This document shows, piece by piece, positions 50,671-61,066 of a stretch of 64,000 nt of DNA. Both the position numbers and the translations under genes were made by a program. This DNA is from an uncultured Methanosarcinales archaeon (GTDB lineage Archaea; Nanobdellota; Nanobdellia; Woesearchaeales; CAYVYK01). The notes beneath the pieces were generated by a model. It had not been told where the DNA came from and ran no database searches. It worked only from the letters and a program-made list of their open reading frames with translations. Numbering within the stretch: the first letter of the stretch is position 1; the number at the start of each line of letters is the position of its first letter. The DNA lies in assembly GCA_964455675.1 (NCBI GenBank), contig CAYVYK010000010.1, positions 1 through 64,000 on the forward strand, given 5' to 3'.

Positions 50671-53475
50671 CTAGATTTGGTTTTCAACGATTGATCCTGA
50701 TGCCGTGCTTGATGCTCCAGTTGAGGTCGTTGTTCCTTCGTATGTGCTCGCTGGAGTGTTGCTCGCGACGATGTCATTGCATACTTGATCGATGTAGCTG
50801 CCGCCGATGCTCCGCACGCTGTTTTCAAATTCAATGCATGCTTCCTCGTACAGGTATGGGCTGTACTGCACGACTGCCGATGTTCCTGATCGGTAAAACT
50901 TCTTTCCTTCCTTGACTTTCACATCCTCTGGATATAATAATATCTCCCTTTGACCCGTAAGGCGCACGTTGAAGATGAGGTCGGTTTCCTTTGGCCGTTC
51001 GGACTTGTACTTGTTCGGATTATCGACGGCGAACGTGATCTTGTAGAAGTATTCTACGGTCGTCCGGTTTGTTGCAGGGTCAAATCCGTAAATGGGGTCG
51101 CTGCGCTCAGCTTCGATATGCGCTCCAACGGTGATGACTCCGCGTGGCGTCTCAAAGTATGCTACGTTGTCTCCCGCAGAGTCACCCCAGCTGCTGCAGA
51201 GCTTGCTCGCCCAGTATTGGCTGCCAAGGTATGTTTGCGCGAAGAATTTGTCCACGCTCTCGCGCCATGGCGCGAGTTGTTTTCTGAAGAAGAGCTGTGA
51301 GTACCCGCTAAATCCTTGGAATTCTGTGAGAACGAAGTTTGCCCCGCCGAATATTTTCCTGCTCGTATCATACGTTTGCTCGGTCTTGAGCCTTGAGGTG
51401 TCCGCACCGCCCTTCTCATATGTCCATCCTTTCTCGGTATCGCTTTGGAATTTTGCGTCGTACACCCCGATAGCATTGCCATCCTCATCTCGCACGATGA
51501 CTTTCCCTTCAAGAGGATTACCGTTCTGGTCTTGCTTGCTGACTTCAACGGCCTCATACTCATAAACGGCTACGGTGTTTCCATCAACAGTCTTTGTTCC
51601 AACCTGTGTTTGCGTAAGCATCTCGGAAACTTGCGTGACGGTTTTCTTTTCTTTTCCGACCTTGATCTCTTTCTGCTCATATGTGGTGGTCGTCACGGTC
51701 TTTCCATCCGCGGAGTATCGGTCATAGAGCCGTGGTCTTCCTTGGTCGTCATACTCGATGATTTCCTGCACTCCTCCTTCGTAGAATGACATGGCGTCCG
51801 GGGTGCTGTCCTGTTCGGAGCTGAATATCTCGATGCGGCCCCCATCCACATGCAGTTGCTTTCCTTGCGATAGTTCGTAGATGCGCTGGAGTTTATCTTT
51901 TCGGACAAGTACCGAGCTCTGCTCGTATGGCTTTGTTGTATCGAAGATTCGCGCTTCCGTCTGGTCCGATTGCGCTCCTTGTGCGTTCAGCTTCACGTGC
52001 TCTCCTACCCAAATTGATGACGTCTTGCCTCCAAGCTGTTTCATGCGCCAGACGTATCCGCCATCTTTTTGCAGTTGCGAAAGCTGCGCGCTGTCCGTGA
52101 TAGGCGCAAGTTGTCCTGTTTCTTTGTTGTACTTGAGTTCGTTTGGATTCGCTGTGCCTTCATAGTACTTGTATCCTTCGCTATCTGTGAGTGTTTCTCC
52201 TGTTCGCGTGGTGAGCCTAAGGTCCCGTCCGTCGACGGTGAGTCGTGCAGGTTTTGATGCTGGCGCGTTGAGGTCCGCGATCGCCCATTGCGGCCCATTG
52301 TATCGTGCCGCGGTTCCACCGCCTGCAGTATGTGTTGCTGAGGAGTAGTCCGCAACGCTGATGCCGTGGTCTTTTTGGAATTGGTCGCTTCGAGTTTTTT
52401 TCTCTGTTTCAAGTCGCGTAATCTCTGCTCGTTTTTCATCTGCTTGCTTTTGGTATCGCGCGGCCGTGTCTTTTTGGCCATTCGCCGCGGCCTCTGCCGC
52501 TTTTTTTGAGAGTTCGAGTCGATCAGCATCGAGCCTGGTGATCGTGGTTTGTATCGTTTCGATGGTTGTTCTGTCCGCGTCCGCGCGCTGCGCGTTGATC
52601 GTTGCAGGCATGACGATTGGCTTTCCGGGCACCATTCCTCCTGGAGGAGTTGCCGGCGTTCCGGTCGCGCCAAGCGCTGCTCCTGCTGGCTGGGTGGTTT
52701 CAGGTTGTGTCGTCGCTGGTTGCGTTGCAGCCGATGCTCCAAACACGGTTTCTGTGTTCACTTCATCTCCACCACTGACCGGTTTCCAGTTGCCGTTATC
52801 TTGGAGGATGTAGTCCTTGCCGTCTTGTCCGTTGAACCTGCTTCCTGGTTTCTGGAGGCCATTACCAGGAACGTTATAAAGTGGAGTGACAAAGTAATCA
52901 TACTCATTGATGGTTCCCTCGCCCAAACCGGTAGTCGTCACTTCAAAATCAACTATCAGGGTTTCCTCGGCTTGTCCGTTTGTGTACGCTCCAGTTTTTG
53001 ACCTTCCTGTCTGTGAATAGACAAAACGCTCGTAGTCGGCTCGTGGTAGCTCGCTCGTGAATGATTGTGAAGTTCCGGATGGCGTGAGCACCCTCATCTC
53101 GTCCCCCCCGCTTTCTCGATACACATAATTCACGAATTCTGCGTTCGTGCCCGTGCCAACAGTGTTGTATGGTGTTGTTCCGTCACTGTTGCTGCCGTAA
53201 TTTGCGGAGTTGTACTTGCGCCACTCTCCGGTATTTGGATCCGTAGTTGATGGTACATAGACGTAGTAAGTGTCCCTGCCCCAGTCATCTACTTGGACTG
53301 CGTAGGACCCCGCGTTTGATATTTTTCCTTTCGTGATGTCGCCGTAAGTGTATTCTGTCCCGCTCCATGTCCTGAGAGTATTGAGATCGACGCTGCTTGG
53401 TGCAGTTACCACAGATGATAGGTAGAGGAGGATGGTGATTGCCGCAAGTATCCTGAGGAGTGGTGTTCTTTTCAC
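50671..53475 (-). CDS. Large secreted protein with low-complexity linker and coiled coil
   Basis: Signal peptide; TQPA repeats; coiled-coil segment. Confidence 0.8.
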   Translation of the reverse strand: MKRTPLLRILAAITILLYLSSVVTAPSSVDLNTLRTWSGTEYTYGDITKGKISNAGSYAVQVDDWGRDTYYVYVPSTTDPNTGEWRKYNSANYGSNSDGTTPYNTVGTGTNAEFVNYVYRESGGDEMRVLTPSGTSQSFTSELPRADYERFVYSQTGRSKTGAYTNGQAEETLIVDFEVTTTGLGEGTINEYDYFVTPLYNVPGNGLQKPGSRFNGQDGKDYILQDNGNWKPVSGGDEVNTETVFGASAATQPATTQPETTQPAGAALGATGTPATPPGGMVPGKPIVMPATINAQRADADRTTIETIQTTITRLDADRLELSKKAAEAAANGQKDTAARYQKQADEKRAEITRLETEKKTRSDQFQKDHGISVADYSSATHTAGGGTAARYNGPQWAIADLNAPASKPARLTVDGRDLRLTTRTGETLTDSEGYKYYEGTANPNELKYNKETGQLAPITDSAQLSQLQKDGGYVWRMKQLGGKTSSIWVGEHVKLNAQGAQSDQTEARIFDTTKPYEQSSVLVRKDKLQRIYELSQGKQLHVDGGRIEIFSSEQDSTPDAMSFYEGGVQEIIEYDDQGRPRLYDRYSADGKTVTTTTYEQKEIKVGKEKKTVTQVSEMLTQTQVGTKTVDGNTVAVYEYEAVEVSKQDQNGNPLEGKVIVRDEDGNAIGVYDAKFQSDTEKGWTYEKGGADTSRLKTEQTYDTSRKIFGGANFVLTEFQGFSGYSQLFFRKQLAPWRESVDKFFAQTYLGSQYWASKLCSSWGDSAGDNVAYFETPRGVITVGAHIEAERSDPIYGFDPATNRTTVEYFYKITFAVDNPNKYKSERPKETDLIFNVRLTGQREILLYPEDVKVKEGKKFYRSGTSAVVQYSPYLYEEACIEFENSVRSIGGSYIDQVCNDIVASNTPASTYEGTTTSTGASSTASGSIVENQI

Positions 53476-56400
53476 ACAACCACCCGGTCAGTGTCTGTCT
53501 TTGCGGAATTGTCTGTTTTGCTCTTCGTGTCTTTGAGGTATCTGCAGTAGTCTCCTTTCGCTTTCCACGTGTTTTCGTCCATGAGGAACATCACGTCGCC
53601 CACGACTTCGCCGATCATGGATACGACTTTGAACCACACGCACGCGCTATGGGGTCCTTCGCTGATCGGGTTTGCGCAGTGCGGCAGGCATGTGAGCGCG
53701 AGGATCGCTCCGACGATCGCGAACGGGTCTGAGAGCATTGCTTTGATCATGTTCATGTAGTAGTCAAAGAGAGCGACAAATGGTATGAGTTGGAATATTT
53801 CTCCAAATACGTACTTGCACATGAGTGTTTCCTCAAGTTCCTCACACGCGCTCGCGGGAATTCCGGTTGTGATCGCGTCCTTCAGGCAGACTGCCTTTGC
53901 GCACTTGATCTGTCTGATCTTGTCGAGATTGTAGAGGATTCCTGGCAGACAGAGTGTAAGGACGCTCATCGCAAGGCTTTCCTTGCCGTTCATGTAGGTC
54001 TTATAGTTCATGCCGGTGACCTTGTCGAGGAATCCGACGCCAGGGTAGTATTGCGGTATCCATTTATCGCCTAGGCCCCCTCCAAGCCAGCTTGACCATT
54101 TCTCGAATGTTCCGGCTCCTGCTCCTGGGAGTGACATTTTGCAGTTCACGAAGTTGCAGAACTGGTTGAAGATGTTGAACCACTTGTTTCCTTCGTCTCG
54201 CGCTCCTTCTGTTGCAAGGCACATCTTGACGCGCGCGGCATGTGTTGGCGGTCCTGATACGGGATTGAGCTTGTTTGCCGCTTCAACATGCCCTAGCTGC
54301 TGTGTCACCGTCTGGTATATTCCGATGAGATTTTGCAGGATGTTGTTAAGGACGCAGATGATGCGCGCGTACCGTACAATCATCGAGAGTATTTCGATGA
54401 CTTTCCATAGGCCGCTCGTTGCGTCTTCTTTTGCATCTTTGTATTTTTGGTTGAGTTCTTTGCGCAAGTCTCCAAGTGGGAGGTTATAGAAGAGGACAGT
54501 AAAGCGTACGTCTTCCTGCTCGGGTATCGCAGTGATGCTGTTCCCGACGCTTGAGAAGATAGAAAGTGGACAGGTTATGTCAAGGCTGTCAACCTTCATG
54601 TCCATTGTAGCAAGCTGGATGGCAAGGTATGGGTCCCTGCTTTCTCTTTGGTTGTTGAGAAGCTGGATGGATGTGATGTAGTTGAGCGGGCTCGTGGCGT
54701 TCGTGTCGTTCGTGCTTGGCCTGCACGCGCCATCTTCAAGGCCAATGGAGAGCGTCTCTGCACCCGTTGATATGGGGGATAGTCCCACGTGGCAGTACAT
54801 TTTTTGTCCGTTGCCTAGCGATGTCACTTGCCGGTCGATCTTGCTTGGCGAGCAAATGACGGTGTTCGTCCAGTGGTTCTGTACGGCATCTTCAAGGAGA
54901 CCTGAAAGGAATACGGGCATGTGGTATCGTACTTCATTTCCCACATCGTCCTTGAGGATAAAGTAGATCGTTGCCTCCTTTGGTCCTGAGATGTCAATGA
55001 TTGGTGTGAGGAACACGCATGAATGCGTGCTGTTTCCAAGGGTAACGCACGCAACGTCCATGATCGGGCTGACGTCCATGAGTTGTGATGCGTTCATCGT
55101 GCCGATGACATACTCTCCGCTATCTCGCATCGTGATGTTGATCTCAAGGCGGTCTCCCCGCACGAGGTATTGTTCAAAGGTGTTTTCTCCTTTCACGATG
55201 CGCATGTTTGCACTAACCGCGATCGGGCTGTCCACGTCAACGGTGATATTTATTGGCGCAAGTTCCGTGGACGGATTCCCAAGGTTATCGACGGAGAATG
55301 GGCTTCCTCGCACGATGGCATTCGTTCCCGTCGGCATCGAGATGAGGATATCATTCCACACGCATTCGTATGTTTCTCCTCCCTTGGACGTGCAGCCATC
55401 CGCAACTTGTGTGCTGCTTCGTCCTATTCCTGATAGGTCAAGGAAGATGCTGTCGTTTGAGATTCCGTTTGGCTCCCTGATATCTGCGGTAAATGTTGTG
55501 GTTGATCCCGCATAGTATCCGCTTCCCCCTGATACGGGATGCTTGTCTGTGGTAATCTGAGCAAATCGCGGTCCCGTGCTATCGACTTCTATGGTGTTGA
55601 GGGCAAGGGATGTCTCCATCCGGTTTCCCGTGCTATCGACGGTCACGACCGCAATGCTTGGTGTTGACGTGCTGTTGAGGAGCACGGTAACGTCCCAGAT
55701 GCATTCCACGTGGTCAGTGTATGCTGTGCATATTCGCGGGATTCTGTTCGTGTACGTTTCGCGAGTGTTGATGTTTGTTATCGTTCCTGCGATGCCGCCG
55801 ATGCCATCATCCGTGGAGATGTTGACCATGATGGATGCTGGTACTTCCCGGTTCGTGACGAGCCTTATCTCGTTGCCGTTTCCATCGTTGAGGACTGCCC
55901 GCTGTGGCTGTGGTGCTGTGCGGTCAATTGTGAAGCTGCTACATGCATCGCCGCTTGTCTGGTTGAATCGGTCGTATGCCCGAGCGCAAATCCTTGTTGT
56001 GCCTTCCTGTGCCTGGGTGTACTCTTCAGTTCCTCTTGCGGTGCAGGAAGCGGAGTTGGGCGTTAGGGTTTTGAAGGGAGACGATGTAAGATCTGTCTCG
56101 AAAAGTTCAATGCGCCCAACTCCGACGCATCCTGTGCCTCCTGCATGGCTAGTGTCGGATGCTTCATAGATGATCGTGACGGTTCCGTTTGTTGATCGTT
56201 CTGGGGAGATGGAGAGGGTGATTCCAGCTCCTGCTCCATCAACCGTGATGGTTTGCGTATCTGTCGCAAGGACTCGTAATCCCTCAACAAGCTGGAGGAC
56301 GAATCGGAATGGTCCTGGATTCATCCTTCCAGAATACTCTTTGCTGCATTGGTATGCCCGTGCGCCGGTATTCGAGCAGCTGTCAAATGGCGCGTTGTTC

Positions 56401-56654
56401 AGCCGTACGTGGCTCGGATTGAGTTCCGTATCGCTGTCTGTGTACACTGCCGCGGTAAACGTCGTGTTGTCCTGCATCTTGCGATATCCGGAAATTGCGG
56501 ACGCGCTCTGGATCGATGTGAGTTCAACGTTTGCTGCAAGTGCCGCGCTCACGTGGAATGGTATTGTGAGGACGAGCGTAATCATCATGAGCGCTGCAAG
56601 TTCAAGTGTTGTGAGCCAGATTTTTCTCTGTTCCGGTGCTGGTTTATCGTTCAT
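53472..56654 (-). CDS. Large surface protein with Ig-like repeats and Cys-rich helical C-terminus
   Basis: ATG 56654; TM leader; DRTAP/DSTGP/DVDSP linkers. Confidence 0.8.
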   Translation of the reverse strand: MNDKPAPEQRKIWLTTLELAALMMITLVLTIPFHVSAALAANVELTSIQSASAISGYRKMQDNTTFTAAVYTDSDTELNPSHVRLNNAPFDSCSNTGARAYQCSKEYSGRMNPGPFRFVLQLVEGLRVLATDTQTITVDGAGAGITLSISPERSTNGTVTIIYEASDTSHAGGTGCVGVGRIELFETDLTSSPFKTLTPNSASCTARGTEEYTQAQEGTTRICARAYDRFNQTSGDACSSFTIDRTAPQPQRAVLNDGNGNEIRLVTNREVPASIMVNISTDDGIGGIAGTITNINTRETYTNRIPRICTAYTDHVECIWDVTVLLNSTSTPSIAVVTVDSTGNRMETSLALNTIEVDSTGPRFAQITTDKHPVSGGSGYYAGSTTTFTADIREPNGISNDSIFLDLSGIGRSSTQVADGCTSKGGETYECVWNDILISMPTGTNAIVRGSPFSVDNLGNPSTELAPINITVDVDSPIAVSANMRIVKGENTFEQYLVRGDRLEINITMRDSGEYVIGTMNASQLMDVSPIMDVACVTLGNSTHSCVFLTPIIDISGPKEATIYFILKDDVGNEVRYHMPVFLSGLLEDAVQNHWTNTVICSPSKIDRQVTSLGNGQKMYCHVGLSPISTGAETLSIGLEDGACRPSTNDTNATSPLNYITSIQLLNNQRESRDPYLAIQLATMDMKVDSLDITCPLSIFSSVGNSITAIPEQEDVRFTVLFYNLPLGDLRKELNQKYKDAKEDATSGLWKVIEILSMIVRYARIICVLNNILQNLIGIYQTVTQQLGHVEAANKLNPVSGPPTHAARVKMCLATEGARDEGNKWFNIFNQFCNFVNCKMSLPGAGAGTFEKWSSWLGGGLGDKWIPQYYPGVGFLDKVTGMNYKTYMNGKESLAMSVLTLCLPGILYNLDKIRQIKCAKAVCLKDAITTGIPASACEELEETLMCKYVFGEIFQLIPFVALFDYYMNMIKAMLSDPFAIVGAILALTCLPHCANPISEGPHSACVWFKVVSMIGEVVGDVMFLMDENTWKAKGDYCRYLKDTKSKTDNSAKTDTDRVVV

Positions 56655-58842
56655 AGGTGGGCACAAGGAGTGCTTCTGTTCCAATTGGTGCTGTTTCAAC
56701 ATAGTCGAGGGCCTGGAGGTCCTCAACGGTTGTGACGTCCACGAGTGCTGGTGCGAATGCGTAGAATACGATTCGTCCGCTGTGGAGGTCCGCGTCTGTG
56801 AATGTGTATGTTGTCTTTGATCCTCCTGAGATGAATTTTTTCTTTCCTCCGCCAAGTTCAATGCGTGGTATTGTGTAACATTCTTCTTTGATGAACGCAT
56901 CAACGCATCGCTCTTCTTCCTCGATCGCGAATGGTTCTTCGCTCATGATCCGGACTTCGATGTTGTAGCGTCCTGGCGCAATCCTGATGGGGTTCATTTC
57001 GTCCTTGTCGACGCTTCCTAGTGCGTGCAGCTGCTGGTCGAATTCCGAGTCATTCCTTTCAAGGATCACGATCGCTTGCTCAAAAGGATTGATGGGCTGT
57101 TCTGTTGGCTGCACGATCCATTCGTCGTTGTGTTTGACCATGAGCCGTTTTTTGACGGTGAAATTGTAGAATTCCAGGTGTGAGAGTTCGATGCTGACGT
57201 TTGATGCTTTTCCCTTGAAGGCGTCAAGCGGGACTGTCTTTCCAAGGTATTCGGGATGATTCACGCCAAGGAGTCCTCCAAGGCACACGGGTAGTCTTGT
57301 GACGAGCATTCCTTCTTCGTCCGTTGCTCCGATGGCGCACGTTTGGCTGGCGCAGCTGTACGTTATTGCTGCGTCACTGACTGGCTTTTGAATGGCAATG
57401 GTTGCGACTCTCACGGTTCCTGACGTGCGCTTATCCATGTCGCAGAGCATTGTCTTTGTGGCGAGCTGTTGCTCAGTGCATTCTCGTTGTTGTTCAACTT
57501 TCTGGGTTTGCTCTCCACTGATCGGGTCGGTGACATTGACGATTCGTTCGTCCATGACGGTGCACACGAGTTCCACGTCGCGCGTGGGGGCTGTTGGGAG
57601 GAAGAAGAAGTCTTTCGTGAATGGTTTGTTGTTGCGCACGTTTGCTTCGAGATAGTACCTGAATGTGTATCCTTTTCCGTTGAATGCGTCTTCGTCGTAT
57701 ATTTCCACTTGTACGGGGAAGGATACATCATATGCGAAGTGGTAGCGCTGCACACCGATGGGGAAGATGATATTTGACATCACGCTTTGGGGCACGCAGA
57801 GTTCTCCTTTGCAGTTGAGGTCAAAATAGATCGGCCACCAGTCAAGGTATGCGAATGTGACGGCGAGGTCTTCAAATCCTTTTTTCATCGGGACGCGCAT
57901 GCCTTCGTTAAAGACTGACTCGCGCAACGGATCATTCGGGAACTGGTGTTCGTGGTAGGTTTTTGTCTGGTACACTTGGAGGAGCGGGATGTATCCCATG
58001 AGCATGTCTTCAACATGTTGTGCAACCTCGCTCTTGATCCAGAATGTGCTTGGCGCGTAGTCAAGCGAGCTGTCGGTCATGGGCGGGATATTTTTCTTTC
58101 GCCCGGAAAATCCGACGAGGAGGTTGAGCGTGTCTTCCTCGATGAACTGGTAGCTTTTTTCTAGGTCCGCGATGGATCCTGCAAGGTCGTAGATGTGCTT
58201 GAGCCGCACCGGGAGCCTGACGCCAAATTCGCTCACACTCTGTTCTGAGTCTCCATGCCTTGCCTGCACGGGGAGTTGCACAACGACCGCGACATCTTCC
58301 TCGGTGATTGTCACATCGGTTGAGAGCGGGCCTGTCTGCTCGACGGCAAGGCCCGCTTCTGCAAGGCCCGTAAAGTCTTCAAGGCATGCGGGCAATTCTT
58401 GTGTGATGTAGGTTTCAAGCTGTTCCTCGATACTCATGCCGGTTCCCCGCAGACCTGGCCGTTTGCTGCTGAACACGCACTGTTCCCTGCATTCATTTGG
58501 CGTCTGCATGTAAAACCAGTACGGGGCTAAAAGTCCTCCTGGACTGGCAACGACGTCGGATTCTGTTGGAACGAGTTCATTGATCGAGAAGAGTTGGGGA
58601 TCAAGTGTGGTATAGCCTCCTTGCATTCCGACTTTTCGTACTCCTTCCTCACCGATCTGTCGAAGGCATACTTCAACAAATGTCTGGAGCGGCTGGTATG
58701 GAGCGGGCAGCTTGATTGCTGGTATGTTCACGGCAGCTTTTTCCTGACGGTCAAGGTATATGGAGATTCCGACACCTACGATAACCAGGAGAAGTATTCC
58801 TACGAATATGAAAATGGTGATTTGTCCTCGTTTAAAGTACAT
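56644..58842 (-). CDS. Large protein with class III (pilin-like) signal peptide
   Basis: MYFKRG|QITIFIFVGILLL. Confidence 0.8.
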   Translation of the reverse strand: MYFKRGQITIFIFVGILLLVIVGVGISIYLDRQEKAAVNIPAIKLPAPYQPLQTFVEVCLRQIGEEGVRKVGMQGGYTTLDPQLFSINELVPTESDVVASPGGLLAPYWFYMQTPNECREQCVFSSKRPGLRGTGMSIEEQLETYITQELPACLEDFTGLAEAGLAVEQTGPLSTDVTITEEDVAVVVQLPVQARHGDSEQSVSEFGVRLPVRLKHIYDLAGSIADLEKSYQFIEEDTLNLLVGFSGRKKNIPPMTDSSLDYAPSTFWIKSEVAQHVEDMLMGYIPLLQVYQTKTYHEHQFPNDPLRESVFNEGMRVPMKKGFEDLAVTFAYLDWWPIYFDLNCKGELCVPQSVMSNIIFPIGVQRYHFAYDVSFPVQVEIYDEDAFNGKGYTFRYYLEANVRNNKPFTKDFFFLPTAPTRDVELVCTVMDERIVNVTDPISGEQTQKVEQQRECTEQQLATKTMLCDMDKRTSGTVRVATIAIQKPVSDAAITYSCASQTCAIGATDEEGMLVTRLPVCLGGLLGVNHPEYLGKTVPLDAFKGKASNVSIELSHLEFYNFTVKKRLMVKHNDEWIVQPTEQPINPFEQAIVILERNDSEFDQQLHALGSVDKDEMNPIRIAPGRYNIEVRIMSEEPFAIEEEERCVDAFIKEECYTIPRIELGGGKKKFISGGSKTTYTFTDADLHSGRIVFYAFAPALVDVTTVEDLQALDYVETAPIGTEALLVPTYER

Positions 58843-58950
58843 CGTTCTCCCTAAAACCCTAGCCTGAACCCTAAGAAATCGACTATTTAAAGCTTTTTAT
58901 GGTACAGCGAGTGAATACGAGTAAAAAAAAGGATAAAGAGTGTTCAGAAT

Positions 58951-59340
58951 TTACTTCGCAGGTGTCTCTTCGGCAGCTTTCGGGATGAGCGGTTCCTTAC
59001 CTTCCTTCGTGACCTGCATGTTGACCTGCGCGGTATGGTCGCCAATCGTGTTTCCCGCAACCGACTTGCGCTGGCGCATGCCCTTATCCATCTTGTGGAC
59101 TCCAATCCCTGAGACGGTGAAGACCTTGCGGCGTGCAACGCCCTCGATGTCCCACCGCATGGGAGTTCCTGAGCGGTCGCTCCCTCCTGTGATCTTGAAT
59201 GTGTATCCAGGAAATCCTATGTCATCTCCTTTGATCTCAGCGCCAATGCGCTTGCCAAGGAGTGCTTGGCTTTCTGGGTCTTTGACTTCCTTTTGTACAG
59301 AGCGGCCGTCCTTGAGGCCGAATACGATTTTAAAATCCAT
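58951..59340 (-). CDS. rps6e: 30S ribosomal protein S6e
   Basis: ITGGSDRSGTPMR, RKSVAGN..QVN. Confidence 0.95.
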   Translation of the reverse strand: MDFKIVFGLKDGRSVQKEVKDPESQALLGKRIGAEIKGDDIGFPGYTFKITGGSDRSGTPMRWDIEGVARRKVFTVSGIGVHKMDKGMRQRKSVAGNTIGDHTAQVNMQVTKEGKEPLIPKAAEETPAK

Positions 59341-59453
59341 GGTGTACCTCCAAGCCACTTCGGAGAGTGACTCAGCAGAATGCATGGAAGGAGCTTCAGT
59401 CCCTTTATAAAGCTATCTGCAGGTTTAATAAATGGATTCGTGAATAGAAGAGT

Positions 59454-59735
59454 ATGGCATCAAAACTGAATGCATCCCATATCCTGGTGAAGTCTGAGTC
59501 AGAAGCAAATGCTCTTCTTTTTGACTTGCGAAGGGGCAAGAGTTTTGAGGACGCTGCAAAGGAGCACTCTCTCTGCCCAAGCAAGAAGCGTGGCGGCGAC
59601 CTTGGCTGGTTTGGCAAGGGTCAGATGGTAAAGGAGTTTGAGGATGCCGCGTTTGCGCTAAAGAAGGGCGAACTCTCAAAAGCGGTTAAGACGCAGTTTG
59701 GCTGGCACATCATCAAGGTTAATGACATGAAGTAG
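59454..59735 (+). CDS. ppiC: Parvulin peptidyl-prolyl isomerase
   Basis: [25 protein letters not shown]. Confidence 0.95.
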   Translation: MASKLNASHILVKSESEANALLFDLRRGKSFEDAAKEHSLCPSKKRGGDLGWFGKGQMVKEFEDAAFALKKGELSKAVKTQFGWHIIKVNDMK

Positions 59736-60644
59736 TTATGCGTGCATGATCGTAAAGTATGGTCCGTAGAGTTCACCGACGTGCGTAATAACGCTTCCAA
59801 GCTGGCTCACGATATACACATCAAGCTTGGATGATTTCTGTAGTGTGACGGGGTAGAGTTCAGACAGTTTCTGCCGTAGTTCCAGGAATTCTCGCGCCTT
59901 GTCCTTATCAAATTTATAGTAGAGTTCGTACATGATCTTGATGAATCGTGCTGTTTCGGTATAGAGTTTTTCAGTCGATGGATTGATTTTTACCTTCTTG
60001 GAAAGCGCGTGTTTGGCAATGTCTCGGTAGCAGTCTGCGATCTTTTCGAAGTCCCTGCACATGCTGTAGTACAGCGTTGCTTTCGAGCTTTCGAAATACG
60101 CGTGCTTGTTGATGACTCGTTTTAGGAAGTCGGTGAGCTTGTTGTTCGTTCGTTCGCCGTCAAGCGCCGCTCGCAATTTGTGTTCATCAGAAGTCTTGAG
60201 TGCGATCAAGAGCTCCTCGGTCATTTCGATGAGCAGCCGAAACATCCGCCGGAACACGGCGTGGAATTCCTCGGGGGATACGCTTGACACGCTTCGTATC
60301 ACACATGATCCTTTGCGTTTTTCGACGATCTCAAAGCCCATGAGGTCGCTCACTTTGTTCTTGAGCTCATCATACATCCTCTCATCGTCGAAGAAAACAG
60401 TCACCTCGTCATACCCTTTTTGGTAGAAATATGAGATATAGTTCTTGTCGAACTTTCCAAGGCTCTGTACAACAAGCTCTGACTTTTTCATGTCTGGTTG
60501 GTGCGAGAATGATATGAGGATTCCCCCCTCATGTTCGCTCACATGCACGTCCTGTCCTTTCTTCACTGCGTATTTCTTCACAAACGGCGTAGGGAGGCTG
60601 ACAACAAGCGTCCTTCCTGCAATCTGGATGACCTTCCGCTCCAT
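59736..60644 (-). CDS. AbrB-PhoU family regulator
   Basis: MERKVIQIAGRTLVVSLP, GYDE, FEKIAD. Confidence 0.9.
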   Translation of the reverse strand: MERKVIQIAGRTLVVSLPTPFVKKYAVKKGQDVHVSEHEGGILISFSHQPDMKKSELVVQSLGKFDKNYISYFYQKGYDEVTVFFDDERMYDELKNKVSDLMGFEIVEKRKGSCVIRSVSSVSPEEFHAVFRRMFRLLIEMTEELLIALKTSDEHKLRAALDGERTNNKLTDFLKRVINKHAYFESSKATLYYSMCRDFEKIADCYRDIAKHALSKKVKINPSTEKLYTETARFIKIMYELYYKFDKDKAREFLELRQKLSELYPVTLQKSSKLDVYIVSQLGSVITHVGELYGPYFTIMHA

Positions 60645-60742
60645 ATCCGTCGAGAATGCAATATATCTTATAAGGATTTCTCAATCAGCAGAGGAATGAA
60701 CTCAAAAGCATTGGACTATGAGCACAGTTCCAGTCCACAGCA

Positions 60743-60835
60743 GCCCTGTTCGAAGAATGTGGTGTGCGGCGAACAGGACGTGCCGTCAGGCTGCAATAAT
60801 GTGGTTTGGGCGTCATTGAAGTGAACCACTCACCC
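60743..60835 (+). repeat. Dispersed structured element, copy E (core hairpin 60743-60779)
   Basis: GCCCTGTTCG-N17-CGAACAGGAC-GTGCCGTCAGGCTGCAATAAT; compensatory C-G to G-C change. Confidence 0.85.
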
Positions 60836-60876
60836 AAGGTTTGCATTCATCCATCATTTTGCCCACTTTAATCATA

Positions 60877-61044
60877 GGGGGGAATAATGGAATTCGCCCT
60901 GCACGTACTTCCGATGGTTCCCCACCCCCTTGTGGAAATGTGTGCGTGACGGCTAGCGCGCGGTTGTGCGTGGTGCATCAGTTATCGCCCTGTCCATCGA
61001 TCGTTGAGTGGCAAGGGCAGGGCTCGCCGAAGGCCCGTACTAAT
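60877..61044 (+). repeat. Dispersed structured element, copy F (core hairpin 60987-61023)
   Basis: GGGGAATAATGG..GATGGTTCCCCA..CCCCTTGTGGAA..GCCCTGTCC-N19-GGGCAGGGC-TCGCCGAAGGCCCGTAC. Confidence 0.9.
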
Positions 61045-61066
61045 TTTTTACATATGATTTTCAAAA

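Noticed and set aside
52041..52742. Long alternative-frame and antisense ORFs (this and many others in the track)
   Set aside because: They are shadows of well-supported genes and carry no recognisable motifs.
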